From Thainema sp. (GTDB lineage: Bacteria; Cyanobacteriota; Cyanobacteriia; Phormidesmidales; Phormidesmidaceae), in the NCBI GenBank assembly GCA_052168235.1, contig JBQLZK010000007.1, positions 97,833 through 161,832 on the forward strand: DNA of 64,000 nucleotides, given 5' to 3'. Below are positions 30,778-41,347 of the stretch, piece by piece; positions within the stretch are counted from its first letter, which is position 1; every line of letters begins with the position of its first letter. Below the pieces are notes generated by a model. It was not told the origin of the DNA. It saw nothing but the letters and a program-made list of their open reading frames with translations, and searched no databases. The translations under genes and the position numbers were made by a program.

Positions 30778-33498
30778 ATGAAGATCCTTAAAACTCAGAC
30801 TTTGCGTGGCCCCAACTACTGGAGCATCCGTTATCACAAGCTGATTGTGATGCGGATTGACTTAGATGAGCTGGCCGAAACACCCACCAATCAAATCCCC
30901 GGCTTCTACGAAGAAATGACGGATTTGTTGCCCAGCCTAGTTGAACACTACTGCTCACCGGGCTGTCGCGGAGGCTTCTTCAAGCGGATTGAAGAGGGGA
31001 CGATGATGGGGCATGTGATTGAGCACATTGCTCTAGAGTTGCAAACGCTAGCCGGGATGCCCGTTGGGTTTGGGCGCACCCGCGAAACCGCTACACCGGG
31101 TATTTATCGCGTCGTTTATGAATATTTAGACGAGCAGGCCGGACGCTATGCCGGACGGGCCGCTGTTCGCATGTGCCAAAGCATCATTGACTATGGGCGC
31201 TATCCTCGGGAAGAGCTAGAGAAGGATCTGGCTGATCTGCGGGAACTGTGGGCAGAGGCAGCATTAGGGCCTAGCACCGACAATATTGTCCAGGAAGCTG
31301 ATCTGCGCGGGATTCCTTGGATTCCGCTCCAGAGCCGCGCTATGATTCAGCTCGGCTACGGCGTGCATCAAAAGCGCATTCAGGCAACCCTGAGCAGCAA
31401 CACCAGTATTTTGGGCGTCGAGCTAGCCTGCGATAAAGAGGGCACCAAGCAGATTTTGCGAGAAGCCGCGATTCCAGTACCGCGTGGGACAGTGATTTAC
31501 TATCTGGATGAACTGGAAGATGCGATCGCAGATGTGGGTGGCTATCCGATCGTGGTCAAACCGCTGGACGGCAACCACGGACGCGGCATCACCATTGACA
31601 TCGACAAGTGGGAAGATGCGATCGCCGCTTACGACGTGGCGCGCGAAATCTCCCGTGGCGTCATTATTGAGCGGTACTATCGCGGTTCTGATCACAGAGT
31701 GCTGGTCGTCAATGGTTCTGTAGTCGCAGTGGCCGAACGAGTTCCCGCCCATGTAGTTGGCGATGGACAATCAACCATTCAGGAACTGATTGACGAAACT
31801 AATCGCGCTCCTCGGCGGGGCGAAGGGCACGACAACATTCTGACTCGCATTGAGGTGGATCGAAACACTTGGCAGCTGCTAGAGCGCAAAGGCTATACCC
31901 TAGAAACCGTTTTACCAGCAGGAGAAGTGTGCTACCTGCGGGCAACGGCCAACTTGAGTACAGGCGGTATTGCCATCGATCGCACCGATCAGATCCACCC
32001 CGAGAATGTCTGGCTGGCTCAGCGTGTTGCCAAAGTAATTGGCTTGGACATCGCGGGGATTGATATCGTTACGCCGGATATTTCAAAGCCGCTGCGGGAA
32101 ACAGGCAGCGTTATTGTCGAAGTCAATGCTGCTCCGGGCTTTCGGATGCACTTCTCGCCCAGCGAGGGACTACCGCGCAATGTTGCAGCCCCGGTAATCG
32201 ACATGCTGTTCCCACCGGGCAGTCCCAGTCGAATTCCCATCCTGTCCATTACGGGCACGAACGGAAAAACGACGACGACCCGCTTGCTGGCTCACATGTT
32301 TAAGCAAACGGGCAAAGTAGTTGGTTACACTACGACCGACGGCATCTACATTGGCGACTATGTAGTTGAAAAAGGCGATACCACTGGGCCACAGAGCGCT
32401 CAGGTTATCCTGCAAGATCCTACGGTCGAAGTGGCTGTCCTGGAAACGGCCCGAGGTGGCCTGTTGCGATCGGGGCTGGCGTTCAAGCAGTGCGATGTTG
32501 GCATTGTTTTGAACGTAGCGGCAGATCACCTGGGCATTGGCGATATCGAAATCGTTGAAGATTTGGCCTATCTCAAGAGCGTAGTGGCCGAAACGGCTTC
32601 ACCCGACGGCTATGCGATTTTGAACGCAGACGATTCGCTGGTTGTGGGCATGGCTAAGCGGGTGAAAGCGCAGATTGCCTACTTCAGCATGAACGCTGAA
32701 AATGAGCTAGTGAAGTCCCATATTCAGCAGGGTGGATTGGCTGCGATTTATGAAAACGGCTATCTCTCCATTCTGAAAGGCGACTGGGTTCTGCGGATTG
32801 AGCAGGCCGTCAACATTCCGTTGACAATGGGCGGCAAAGCACCGTTCCAGATTGCTAATTCCCTGGCGGCAAGCTTGGCCGCGTTCGCTCACGGTGTGGA
32901 TATTGAAGCAATTCGTGCGGCCCTGCTGTCCTTTGAGGCATCTTCTAGCCGCACCCCTGGCCGCATGAACCTGTTTAATCTTGGCTCGTTCCATGCCCTG
33001 GTTGACTATGCCCACAATCCGGCTAGCTATGAGGCTTTAGCTAGCTTTGTGAAGAACTGGCCGGGTAAGCGCATCGGCGTCGTTGGTGGGCCTGGTGATC
33101 GGCGCGATGAGGATTTTGTCGAGTTGGGCAAATTAGCGGCTGACATGTTCGATCAGATTCTCGTTAAGGAAGATGATGATACGCGGGGTCGGCCTCGGGG
33201 TGAAGCAGCAGACTTGATCATGGAGGGAATCGAAAGCATAGAAGCTGACTGCTCCTGTGAAACGATTCTGGAGGAAACGCGAGCGATCAATGTTGCTCTA
33301 GATGAAGCACCCGAAGGTAGTCTAGTTGTGATTCTGCCGGAAAGCGTGAGTCGCTCACTGCAATTGATCGAGGAAAAGGGCGGTAAGCCTACGTCCCTAA
33401 GCGGCTCGTCTAGTCATGCCAAGAATTCATCGGAGAAGCCGACTAGCGAGGCTGAGACAGATTCCGATTCCTCAGAGTATGTAGAGACGAATAGCTAA
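30778..33498 (+). CDS. cphA: Cyanophycin synthetase
   Basis: LRGPNYWS; ATP-grasp KPLDGNHGRG and EVNAAPG; Mur-ligase-like TGTNGKTTT and DYAHN. Confidence 0.95.
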   Translation: MKILKTQTLRGPNYWSIRYHKLIVMRIDLDELAETPTNQIPGFYEEMTDLLPSLVEHYCSPGCRGGFFKRIEEGTMMGHVIEHIALELQTLAGMPVGFGRTRETATPGIYRVVYEYLDEQAGRYAGRAAVRMCQSIIDYGRYPREELEKDLADLRELWAEAALGPSTDNIVQEADLRGIPWIPLQSRAMIQLGYGVHQKRIQATLSSNTSILGVELACDKEGTKQILREAAIPVPRGTVIYYLDELEDAIADVGGYPIVVKPLDGNHGRGITIDIDKWEDAIAAYDVAREISRGVIIERYYRGSDHRVLVVNGSVVAVAERVPAHVVGDGQSTIQELIDETNRAPRRGEGHDNILTRIEVDRNTWQLLERKGYTLETVLPAGEVCYLRATANLSTGGIAIDRTDQIHPENVWLAQRVAKVIGLDIAGIDIVTPDISKPLRETGSVIVEVNAAPGFRMHFSPSEGLPRNVAAPVIDMLFPPGSPSRIPILSITGTNGKTTTTRLLAHMFKQTGKVVGYTTTDGIYIGDYVVEKGDTTGPQSAQVILQDPTVEVAVLETARGGLLRSGLAFKQCDVGIVLNVAADHLGIGDIEIVEDLAYLKSVVAETASPDGYAILNADDSLVVGMAKRVKAQIAYFSMNAENELVKSHIQQGGLAAIYENGYLSILKGDWVLRIEQAVNIPLTMGGKAPFQIANSLAASLAAFAHGVDIEAIRAALLSFEASSSRTPGRMNLFNLGSFHALVDYAHNPASYEALASFVKNWPGKRIGVVGGPGDRRDEDFVELGKLAADMFDQILVKEDDDTRGRPRGEAADLIMEGIESIEADCSCETILEETRAINVALDEAPEGSLVVILPESVSRSLQLIEEKGGKPTSLSGSSSHAKNSSEKPTSEAETDSDSSEYVETNS

Positions 33499-33608
33499 GT
33501 TAGCTAAGCCCAACGTTGGGTAAAGGCGGGTTTAGCAGTAGGTTATTGATCTCAAGCAGAGCTGATCAGCAAAAACCGCCCCTACCGTTGGTTTCCATCT
33601 TAAATGCC

Positions 33609-33648
33609 AAAAAGAGCAAGCCGCGCGTATGCGCGGCTTGCTCTTTTT
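33609..33648. terminator. Palindromic bidirectional terminator / REP-like hairpin
   Basis: AAAAAGAGCAAGCCGCGC-GTAT-GCGCGGCTTGCTCTTTTT between convergent cphA and tatA. Confidence 0.75.
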
Positions 33649-33671
33649 ACGAAAGTTTATAAATAGTCCAA

Positions 33672-33857
33672 CTAATCTCGCTGTTCGGGTAGTTCTTCGT
33701 AAACGGCGTCCTCTTCGTCCTGGGTATTCATTTCCTCCTTAAAGCCTTTCAAGGTTTTACCCAAGGCACTACCTAATTCGGGAATTTTCTTTGGGCCAAA
33801 GATCAGGATTGCGACGATCGCAATGATGCCTACTTCCGGCCAGCCGAGTCCAAACAT
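33672..33857 (-). CDS. tatA: Twin-arginine translocase TatA/E
   Basis: MFGLGWPE...IFGPKKIPELG..LGK.LKGFKE; ATG at 33857. Confidence 0.92.
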   Translation of the reverse strand: MFGLGWPEVGIIAIVAILIFGPKKIPELGSALGKTLKGFKEEMNTQDEEDAVYEELPEQRD

Positions 33858-34038
33858 GCCAAGTCTCCCCAGTATTAAATACCGAATTCGCCATTGCAAA
33901 CTAATTCTAGCGTTTTGCGCCAAGCAAACGTTGCTTACCTGGCGCAAAATGCTACTTGGAGATTTTATCAGCAGATTTCAGACTGCTTCAGTCTGGCAAG
34001 ATTCAGCTAAATTACTCATGCGAAAGCCGGTAGCTAGA

Positions 34039-34482
34039 CTATACCTCTGATATGAGCTGCAAGATGGTATCAAAGTCATTGAGTGCATCCCGATATTCGC
34101 GGTAGGCGATCGCACTATCCTTGATGTCCGCTGCCCCATCAATCTTAACGAGATGATTATTAAGAGAACGGGCCAATTCAGCCGCTTCGGCTTGTTCCGC
34201 AGGTAGCAGCGTCCGGGATAACCGGAATAAGCGCGATCTCAGATCTCCCAGTGGCCCATGAATAAAGTTTTGGACGTTTGTCCAATCTTTCTGATCTAGA
34301 TAAGATTGCAGTTCTGGCATGCGATCGCGCAATTGCTGTAGACCCGCACCGTAGGTCTCAATCATCTGCACCTGTTCGCTGGTGTAGGTCGGCGGTGGGG
34401 TGTTCACGTTGCTGCCACAGCCCGCCAGTCCAATGGTCAAAATCGCAACGGCTACTGCTAAAAGCGCCCGGAGTCGTCGCAT
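34039..34482 (-). CDS. psbQ: Photosystem II extrinsic lipoprotein PsbQ (CyanoQ)
   Basis: Lipobox LAGC; PPTYT...W..V.NFIHGPLGDLR...LLP; AGGAGG RBS before ATG 34482. Confidence 0.88.
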   Translation of the reverse strand: MRRLRALLAVAVAILTIGLAGCGSNVNTPPPTYTSEQVQMIETYGAGLQQLRDRMPELQSYLDQKDWTNVQNFIHGPLGDLRSRLFRLSRTLLPAEQAEAAELARSLNNHLVKIDGAADIKDSAIAYREYRDALNDFDTILQLISEV

Positions 34483-34660
34483 TGTTAATCCTCCTTGCAT
34501 TTAGTATTTCGTGAAAACGTGTGATTTTTTGAGTAAAACGCTTGCAATGCAAGCGTTTTACTCAAAAAATCATGTTCTTATTACTACGTTATCAGGGAAG
34601 CTCTTCGCTACTGTCTCTATATCGATTGATATATTTTGGATTGAGCTCCTGAAGGGGAAA

Positions 34661-35521
34661 TTAAATGCCAAACTGCAGCGGTTTGGGATGGTATTCATGC
34701 TCCACCTCAAACACGTGAGCGTAAAGATTGGCCAGGATCTGTTTGCCCTCTAGGGTAAGCTGCAGATAGCCAATAGCGGGGCCAATGTAAGGATAAACGC
34801 TTTTCCAGTAAAACCTGGGATAGTTTTGCCGCAGTTCCTCTGGATTACGGTAGCCCAGAGTTTTATTGACGCCCGTTTCTTCAAATTCGTAAAACAGCGA
34901 CGGAATTTTTTGCAGATAGCGCGGATCGGAGAGCTGACCAATCAAATCGGCGGCGCGCACCAGTCCAGGATAGTGAACCGTGTCTTGGTGATCACCATCC
35001 AGCGGCACTGGAAACCGGGTCAGCTCAATGTTTTTCTTAATCGTTTCGGCCTGAATCAGATTATGACCGCCAAAGCGCTCTTCAATGAACAGCTTGCCCC
35101 GGTCAACATGGAAAGCGGTAAGACTTGCATCCGTTGATCCCGGTGGCAGCGTCACCGTTTCATCAAATCGGCCAGTGGCGTAAATTCGGGCCAAGATATT
35201 GTCGCCCCGACAAACGCCTTTGACATAACCAATGTCATGACAAACCAGCGAAATCATGAAGTGCAGCCAGTCTTCACAGGAAACTCCACCTTCGCGAATA
35301 TGCTTGCCTCGCAGCACTTCTTGGCCCACGAGGGAGACAAAGATGGTGTGTTCAACGTTGTGGTAAAGCGCGTTGCTGTTGGCAATATTTTCCAGCCCCA
35401 TGTTGCCGACCCAGGCAATAATGTCGGCATAGTCAGGCTTAAGACCGCCATAGGTCAGCGAATATCCCTGCCGCAGGGCTTGGACAAATTCTTCAATTAG
35501 CAGCTTGTTGGGATTCAGCAT
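34661..35521 (-). CDS. HD-domain metal-dependent phosphohydrolase
   Basis: YHNVEHT, CHDIGY, HVDRG and AADLIGQ. Confidence 0.8.
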   Translation of the reverse strand: MLNPNKLLIEEFVQALRQGYSLTYGGLKPDYADIIAWVGNMGLENIANSNALYHNVEHTIFVSLVGQEVLRGKHIREGGVSCEDWLHFMISLVCHDIGYVKGVCRGDNILARIYATGRFDETVTLPPGSTDASLTAFHVDRGKLFIEERFGGHNLIQAETIKKNIELTRFPVPLDGDHQDTVHYPGLVRAADLIGQLSDPRYLQKIPSLFYEFEETGVNKTLGYRNPEELRQNYPRFYWKSVYPYIGPAIGYLQLTLEGKQILANLYAHVFEVEHEYHPKPLQFGI

Positions 35522-35758
35522 CAGAGGCAGTCTGGGAACAATTTAGGCTGTGAATGAACTGTAAATAACTGAAGAACACAAGATTCTAGGCGCATTTGGC
35601 AGCTTTGCTTTTGATTGTAGACAAACTCTCTCCCATCGCGCACTATTTGGTTATCTGTTGATTACACAACTTGGTGACAAAATTCCGGCTATGTAACTGA
35701 ATGACAAGCTTTTGCATGAAAAGCTGTGCGATCGCATTTCAACCTTGCAGCCTTTCAA

Positions 35759-36607
35759 CTACACAATCTGTTGGCGCAGGAACGGCACTAGAGCATCACA
35801 GACTTTTTCCCACCAGTCTTCCTGAGCATAGTGGCCCGTTTCTTCCATCTTCTCCAGTTTGCCGTTTTCTAGTGACTCAACAAACTGCTCAGCCATTTCG
35901 GTAGTCAACCACTTATCGGAGACGCCCCAAGCAACGAGGGTCGGCACTGACCACTGCTGAAAACCCGTTTCAATTTCCGCTGTGACATCCGCTAGATTCA
36001 ACCGCTGCACGGTGCTCATCAACGAACGCCCAGCATCCGAACTTTTGAGAAACGGGCGACGATACACGTCCAAATCAGCGTCAGCAACCTGATATGGGCC
36101 TGCCCCTTCAAGCGTGCGATCAACTAGCAGCGGATCTTGACAGAGCATATCGCCGACAAGGGGAATGCCAAACTGGCGAATCTTCCAGGGCAGTTTAGCC
36201 GAAGTTGATAACGGGGTATTGAGGATGACCAGCCGATCAATGCGATCGCAATTTCTCAGCGCATAGAGCAATCCCGTTGATCCGACAAATCCCTGCACGA
36301 CGAGGTGAAACTTGGGTAAATCCAGCGCATCAATAAATAGGCTCAATTCCTGCAAAAACGCTTCTGGGGTATAGCCAAAATCCCGCTTGTCAGGCTTTTC
36401 AGAGAAGCCGAATCCTAACCAGTCAGGTGCGATCGCACGAAAGCCTTTCTCAGCCAGCGTCTTCATCGTTTCGCGCCAGCTATAGCTCTGTGACACTAGC
36501 CCGTGCAGCAGTAAGACAGGCGGCTTATCGCTGGGATTCATGGGATTGGCCTCGCGATAGAACCATGTAAATTGCCCCACTTTAATATTCTTTTCTTCAA
36601 CTGTCAT
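35759..36607 (-). CDS. Alpha/beta fold hydrolase (haloalkane dehalogenase-like)
   Basis: LLHG, APDWLGFGFSEKP and GHY.QED; likely ATG at 36607. Confidence 0.85.
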   Translation of the reverse strand: MTVEEKNIKVGQFTWFYREANPMNPSDKPPVLLLHGLVSQSYSWRETMKTLAEKGFRAIAPDWLGFGFSEKPDKRDFGYTPEAFLQELSLFIDALDLPKFHLVVQGFVGSTGLLYALRNCDRIDRLVILNTPLSTSAKLPWKIRQFGIPLVGDMLCQDPLLVDRTLEGAGPYQVADADLDVYRRPFLKSSDAGRSLMSTVQRLNLADVTAEIETGFQQWSVPTLVAWGVSDKWLTTEMAEQFVESLENGKLEKMEETGHYAQEDWWEKVCDALVPFLRQQIV

Positions 36608-36634
36608 TCCAACATTCCTATATAAACTGTTTTC

Positions 36635-36728
36635 CTCACATCTTGCACTTTGAAAACCCGAAGAGGTTGTTTTGCCGCCGCGATGAGGCGGCAAAACAAC
36701 CCTTCTGGGTTTTAGTGCAAGATGTGAG
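36635..36728. mobile_element. MITE with CTCACATCTTGCAC terminal inverted repeats
   Basis: 15-bp perfect TIRs; TTTTC on both flanks; internal hairpin GGTTGTTTTGCCGCC...GGCGGCAAAACAACC. Confidence 0.8.
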
Positions 36729-36859
36729 TTTTCTCTATTCAGATCCAGCAGGTATTGCACCCACTGCCAGAAGGTAATTCAGAAGGTAATTGGATTGAGC
36801 TTACCGTCCTGAGAGATTTCTAAGCAAGCGTTGTGAGGCTGTAGAGGGCTAAAGATCTC

Positions 36860-36887
36860 GTAGGGACACGGCATGCCGTGTCCCTAC
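36860..36887. repeat. GTAG-type REP palindrome (second copy of 3816-3844)
   Basis: Perfect 28-bp palindrome GTAGGGACACGGCATGCCGTGTCCCTAC. Confidence 0.8.
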
Positions 36888-36961
36888 AAAAACCATTTCT
36901 AAATCTTGGTTTTCATTAACGTTCGTTCCCAAGCAGATGGGCCGCTCCCTATACTGGGCGT

Positions 36962-37834
36962 ATGACTATGTTCAGCGGGATCAGGAAGATGTCCGAGATG
37001 TTCGATCGCTCGATGCTGCTGGAGTGGCAAGAGCGCGTTCAGCAGATGCAGGATGCAACGAACCAAACCGTTGATCAGATGCGCGATCAGGTTCAGGCAA
37101 CGACCGAAACGCTCAAAGCCAACACCGAACAGACGCTACAAACCGTGATGGATGGCACAACTCAGACCGTGAATTCATTTTGGGATCAAACCAGTCAAAT
37201 TGGCCAAATGCCGCAGGCAGCCGTGAATGGATTTCAACATGCGATCGCAGATTCCATTCAAGCGTGGTTAGCTGACCATCCCGTTGTTCACTGGCTGGTG
37301 AACCATCCAATTTGGGGTCTGATTCTGACGGTGACGAGCATCTTTCTCTTCTGGGGACTGCTGCAAGCCGTGGCGGATTTGACGCGGCAGTTTTGGCAGA
37401 TGCTGATTCGGTTACCGCTGATCTTGGGCCAGTGGTTGTCCAGTCAAGTGATTCGGTTGGGAGCGGTAGTCGTGAAGAAAGTGCGATCGCGCTTGTGGAA
37501 GCAGCCTAATTTCTCAATCCGTTCAGAACCATCCAATGCCATCCCCTCAAAACACATCGCAGTCAATCGACTACTTTTAAGCAGTACCACTCAAGGCGAA
37601 GACGTAATTTTGAACGGTGCAAAACCCATCAACTCAGACGCTGTTAATTCAGAGACCGTTAACTTAGACACGATCAATTTAGACACCGTCAATTCGGAGA
37701 AATTAACGCCTCTAAGTAACAGCAAGGAGATCGTTCAACTCCTACATCGCCTGGAAAAACTGGGGCAAGAACAAAACCAAATCCTGCGCCAAATTGCCGC
37801 TCTCGCGGAGCGCGATGCTTTGGTTGAAAAGTGA
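36962..37834 (+). CDS. Hypothetical membrane protein with a Q/T-rich helical N-terminus
   Basis: Long ORF; W...HP...W...HP followed by a TM segment; C-terminal coiled coil. Confidence 0.6.
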   Translation: MTMFSGIRKMSEMFDRSMLLEWQERVQQMQDATNQTVDQMRDQVQATTETLKANTEQTLQTVMDGTTQTVNSFWDQTSQIGQMPQAAVNGFQHAIADSIQAWLADHPVVHWLVNHPIWGLILTVTSIFLFWGLLQAVADLTRQFWQMLIRLPLILGQWLSSQVIRLGAVVVKKVRSRLWKQPNFSIRSEPSNAIPSKHIAVNRLLLSSTTQGEDVILNGAKPINSDAVNSETVNLDTINLDTVNSEKLTPLSNSKEIVQLLHRLEKLGQEQNQILRQIAALAERDALVEK

Positions 37835-38026
37835 AGAGTGAAGCAAAAAGCCAAAGAGGGAATCAGGAAGTAGATGTAGGGTGCTGTTAGCAAAGCGTAA
37901 CGCACCGAGTAGTAAGGTTGTATAGGCTGTAAAGGGTATCGAGAGATTAAGCGAATAGTTTTGAATGTTGAATTTTAGATGATTGACATCTTTTACTCAC
38001 TCAACACTCAGCACTCTGTAAATTAA

Positions 38027-38077
38027 GTTTTGATGGTTGACGTGCCGCGCTCCGCGCGGCACGTCAACCATCAAAAC
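38027..38077. repeat. Long perfect palindrome between convergent genes
   Basis: GTTTTGATGGTTGACGTGCCGCGC-TCC-GCGCGGCACGTCAACCATCAAAAC, 24-bp arms. Confidence 0.8.
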
Positions 38078-38138
38078 CCATTAAAATAAAGTTGACAGAC
38101 TACTCAGTTTTCAGAACTTGAAAATCGTAGAAATTGCA

Positions 38139-39521
38139 TTAGCCAAACAGCTTTTTAATCAGCTTAATCTTGTCGCCATAGGGCGCATACCGGAACTTTA
38201 GATCCAGCCAAAACGGGCGCTTCAGCACGCTTTTATAGTGAGAGAACGTATCAAAACTCGCTTTGCCGTGATACGCTCCCATGCCGCTGTTGCCAACGCC
38301 GCCAAAGGGCAGGCCATAGGGGGCAATCTGCATAATCGTGTCATTGATGCACACGCCGCCGGACGAAGTTTGATGCAAAACCGTTTGCTGCTTGTCCGGA
38401 TTGCGCGTAAACAGGTACAGGGCTAGCGGTTTAGGCCGCTGGTTGATAAATGCGATCGCATCTTCTAGATTTTCGTATTCCAAAACGGGCAAAATCGGGC
38501 CAAAGATTTCTTCCTGCATCAGCGGCGAGTCCAACGCAGGCTTATCGAGCACCGTCGGGGCAATATAGCGATCGGCAGCGTCTGCGGCTCCGCCAGTCAC
38601 GGCTTCACCATAGGGCAGCAGGTTTGATAAGCGATGGAAGTGCTTATCGCTGACAATGCGGCCAAAATCTGGACTTTCAGCCGGATTATCGCCGAAGAAT
38701 TCACGAATTCGAGCTGTGAGCTGCTCCATAAACTGCGGCTTAATTACCTGATCAACCAGGACATAATCAGGCGCAATACAGGTTTGGCCCGCGTTGATGA
38801 ACTTGCCCCAAGCAATCCGGCGCGTTGCCGTTTCCAGGTCAACATCGGCATCCACGATGCAGGGACTCTTGCCGCCCAGCTCCAGCGTCACAGGCGTAAG
38901 GTGCTTGGCTGCGGCCTCCATGACGATTTTGCCGATCTGGGTGCCGCCCGTAAACAAAATGTGGTCAAACGGTTGCTCCAGCAGCTCTTGACTGGCTTCA
39001 ACCCCACCTTCTACCACGCTGATATAAGCGGGATCAAACGTCGCCTCAATCATCTTGGCCAGCGCGGCTGAGGTATGAGGTGCAATTTCAGAGGGCTTGA
39101 GCATGGCGCAGTTGCCTGCTGCGATCGCACCGATCAGCGGCGAAATTGCTAGCTGTACTGGATAATTCCAGGGACTAATGATCAGCACCACCCCCAGCGG
39201 TTCTGGATAGATGCGCGCCGCAGCCGGAAAGAGCTGCAAAGATGTTGATGCACGGCGGATTTTCATCCACGACTTGAGATGCTTGATTGCGTAGTCAATT
39301 TCTTGAATTCCGGCAATTTCCGTCAGGTAGGACTCCAGCCGAGGTTTACGCAAATCCTGACTCAGCGCTTCGATCAACGCGTCTTGATGATCGAGAACGG
39401 CTTGCTTCAGTTGCCGCAACTGCCGTAATCGAAAATCAAGCGAGCGAGTTTGTCCTGAACTGAAGAAATCCCGCTGTTGCCGCAAACGCTCAGTTGCAGA
39501 GACTGCTGCCAGTTGAACCAT
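38139..39521 (-). CDS. Aldehyde dehydrogenase (ALDH3/fatty-aldehyde type)
   Basis: PWNYP, KPSE, FTGG, LELGGKSP, NAGQTCIAPDY, EEIFGP and PFGGVG.SG.G.YHG. Confidence 0.93.
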   Translation of the reverse strand: MVQLAAVSATERLRQQRDFFSSGQTRSLDFRLRQLRQLKQAVLDHQDALIEALSQDLRKPRLESYLTEIAGIQEIDYAIKHLKSWMKIRRASTSLQLFPAAARIYPEPLGVVLIISPWNYPVQLAISPLIGAIAAGNCAMLKPSEIAPHTSAALAKMIEATFDPAYISVVEGGVEASQELLEQPFDHILFTGGTQIGKIVMEAAAKHLTPVTLELGGKSPCIVDADVDLETATRRIAWGKFINAGQTCIAPDYVLVDQVIKPQFMEQLTARIREFFGDNPAESPDFGRIVSDKHFHRLSNLLPYGEAVTGGAADAADRYIAPTVLDKPALDSPLMQEEIFGPILPVLEYENLEDAIAFINQRPKPLALYLFTRNPDKQQTVLHQTSSGGVCINDTIMQIAPYGLPFGGVGNSGMGAYHGKASFDTFSHYKSVLKRPFWLDLKFRYAPYGDKIKLIKKLFG

Positions 39522-39595
39522 TGCTCTTGTTTACTCCTGAACTGACTGTTAACGGTTATATGTCACCTGTGCGTTGCTAACTTGTCACTGGCTGA

Positions 39596-40768
39596 TCACT
39601 GACTGACACGGCTGGCCATATTGTTCGCCTGTTGGCTCGCGGGAATCTTGACCGTGAATGAGCTACCTTTACCCACTTCTGAAAGACAGCTCAGTTCGCC
39701 ACCATGCGCCTCAACAATGCGGTGGGATAAGTACAGCCCCAACCCGCTGCCTGAGCGACCGTGCCGGCCCTGCTGAAACCGTTGAAATAGATCGGCCTGA
39801 GATTCAGGTGGAATCCCTGGACCCGTATCATTAACCGTTACTTTGACGATGGAGTTGGATTGACCAGAGTTAGACTGCCCAGGAGCCGTTCCCATCAGAA
39901 GCACTGTCACAGTGCCAGAATCAGTAAACTTGATGGCATTACCAACCAAATTAGTAATGATGCGATTCAGCTCTAGCCGATCGCCCTGCACAACGTAGGA
40001 ATAATCTGATGGCGTTTCTTCCTCCAAAATCAGCTGCAAGCTTTTTTCCTGCGCCAGCGGATCGAGCGCCTGCAGCACTTCTTGTGCAACTTCCTTCAGA
40101 TCAGTCGGTCTAAAATTCAGCGATTTACGGCCAGCTTCATACCGATAGACTTCCAGAAGCTGGTTAACCATCGCCAGCAGATTTTTGTTACTGCTAGCCA
40201 TCGTCACGACCACTTCTTCCATTTCTTCGGACAATTCTCCTAAATAGCCTTGCTGCATCAGATCCAACATCCGATCGGCAGCAACTAGGGGAGTCCGTAA
40301 GTCATGGGTCAAACGAGAGACAAAATCTTCCCGCTGACGAGCAATTTCGTCACGCTCATCGACACTATGCTTGAGCCGAATCAGCGATCGCACTCGTGCG
40401 AGCAGTTCATCAAACTCAACTGGCTTGCGGATAAAATCATCGGCCCCAATATCCAAGCCCCTGGCAACACTCGGCTCATCGTAGGCTGTAATCAATAAGA
40501 TAGGAATAAACGGCAGAGTTTCAGATTTTTGTTGTTCCCGAATAATGCGAGTCACCTCAAATCCATCCATTCCAGGCATCATCACGTCCAGCAGCACGAG
40601 CTGGGGTGGCGATTTTTGAATTAGATCAAGTGCTTTGGCACCGTTATCAGCGACCTCAACAATATATCCTTCGTCCTGCAAAATGGACTGAACCAGGAAC
40701 AAATTATCTGGAGCATCATCAACAACTAAGATGCGATCACTCTGCTGCGAATGAGAAGAGTAAACCAT
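39596..40768 (-). CDS. Hybrid receiver-histidine kinase
   Basis: N-terminal receiver (VVDD, LLDVMMP, RKP); H-box LTHDLRTPL; NAIKF, DTGPGI and GSGLGL. Confidence 0.9.
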   Translation of the reverse strand: MVYSSHSQQSDRILVVDDAPDNLFLVQSILQDEGYIVEVADNGAKALDLIQKSPPQLVLLDVMMPGMDGFEVTRIIREQQKSETLPFIPILLITAYDEPSVARGLDIGADDFIRKPVEFDELLARVRSLIRLKHSVDERDEIARQREDFVSRLTHDLRTPLVAADRMLDLMQQGYLGELSEEMEEVVVTMASSNKNLLAMVNQLLEVYRYEAGRKSLNFRPTDLKEVAQEVLQALDPLAQEKSLQLILEEETPSDYSYVVQGDRLELNRIITNLVGNAIKFTDSGTVTVLLMGTAPGQSNSGQSNSIVKVTVNDTGPGIPPESQADLFQRFQQGRHGRSGSGLGLYLSHRIVEAHGGELSCLSEVGKGSSFTVKIPASQQANNMASRVSQ

Positions 40769-41347
40769 ATTTTCCAACAGCTAAGTCTTATAAGCGCTAT
40801 ACACAGTTGCAAGCAAGAAAGACAACCAATAGAAGTCACACAACCAACTCGATTGTGAGCTGCAATTGGATGGTTCACTTTCCTACTACGTTTTGAAGTA
40901 TTTTGAAATTTATTTACCTTTTCCACATTAGGTGAAAACGAAAAGCAAGTAAATTTCAAGCAACTTCTAACCAATTAAAATCTAGATAAATAATTGACAG
41001 AGCGCAGATTACTTATCTTGATGAGATACTAATACAAGACGCAAAGTGCTTCTTGCAAACTTTCAATTCGTTTGCTGAGCAACGGCGCATCAAATATTTT
41101 TGTCGATTGTTTTTTTGGCTGCGAGAGACAAAAAAGGACTCTGCCTCTATGCTCACATCCTAAGGAACTATATGCTCTCACTCTGAAGAGGGATTTTGAC
41201 CCAAATTTGTATACAAAGGCTCGTTGCAGGTTTCCTCACAGATCTCAATTCACATTTTGCGCCAAAACCAGCAGGGTAATCGAGCTATCGCGATATATCA
41301 GCTAGTCACTTCTGCAAGTTCTTGACTGGCAAGATATAAGCAATGAG

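Noticed and set aside
36608..36760. N-terminal extension of the alpha/beta hydrolase in the ORF track
   Set aside because: It reads through a MITE; the family-like sequence begins at ATG 36607.
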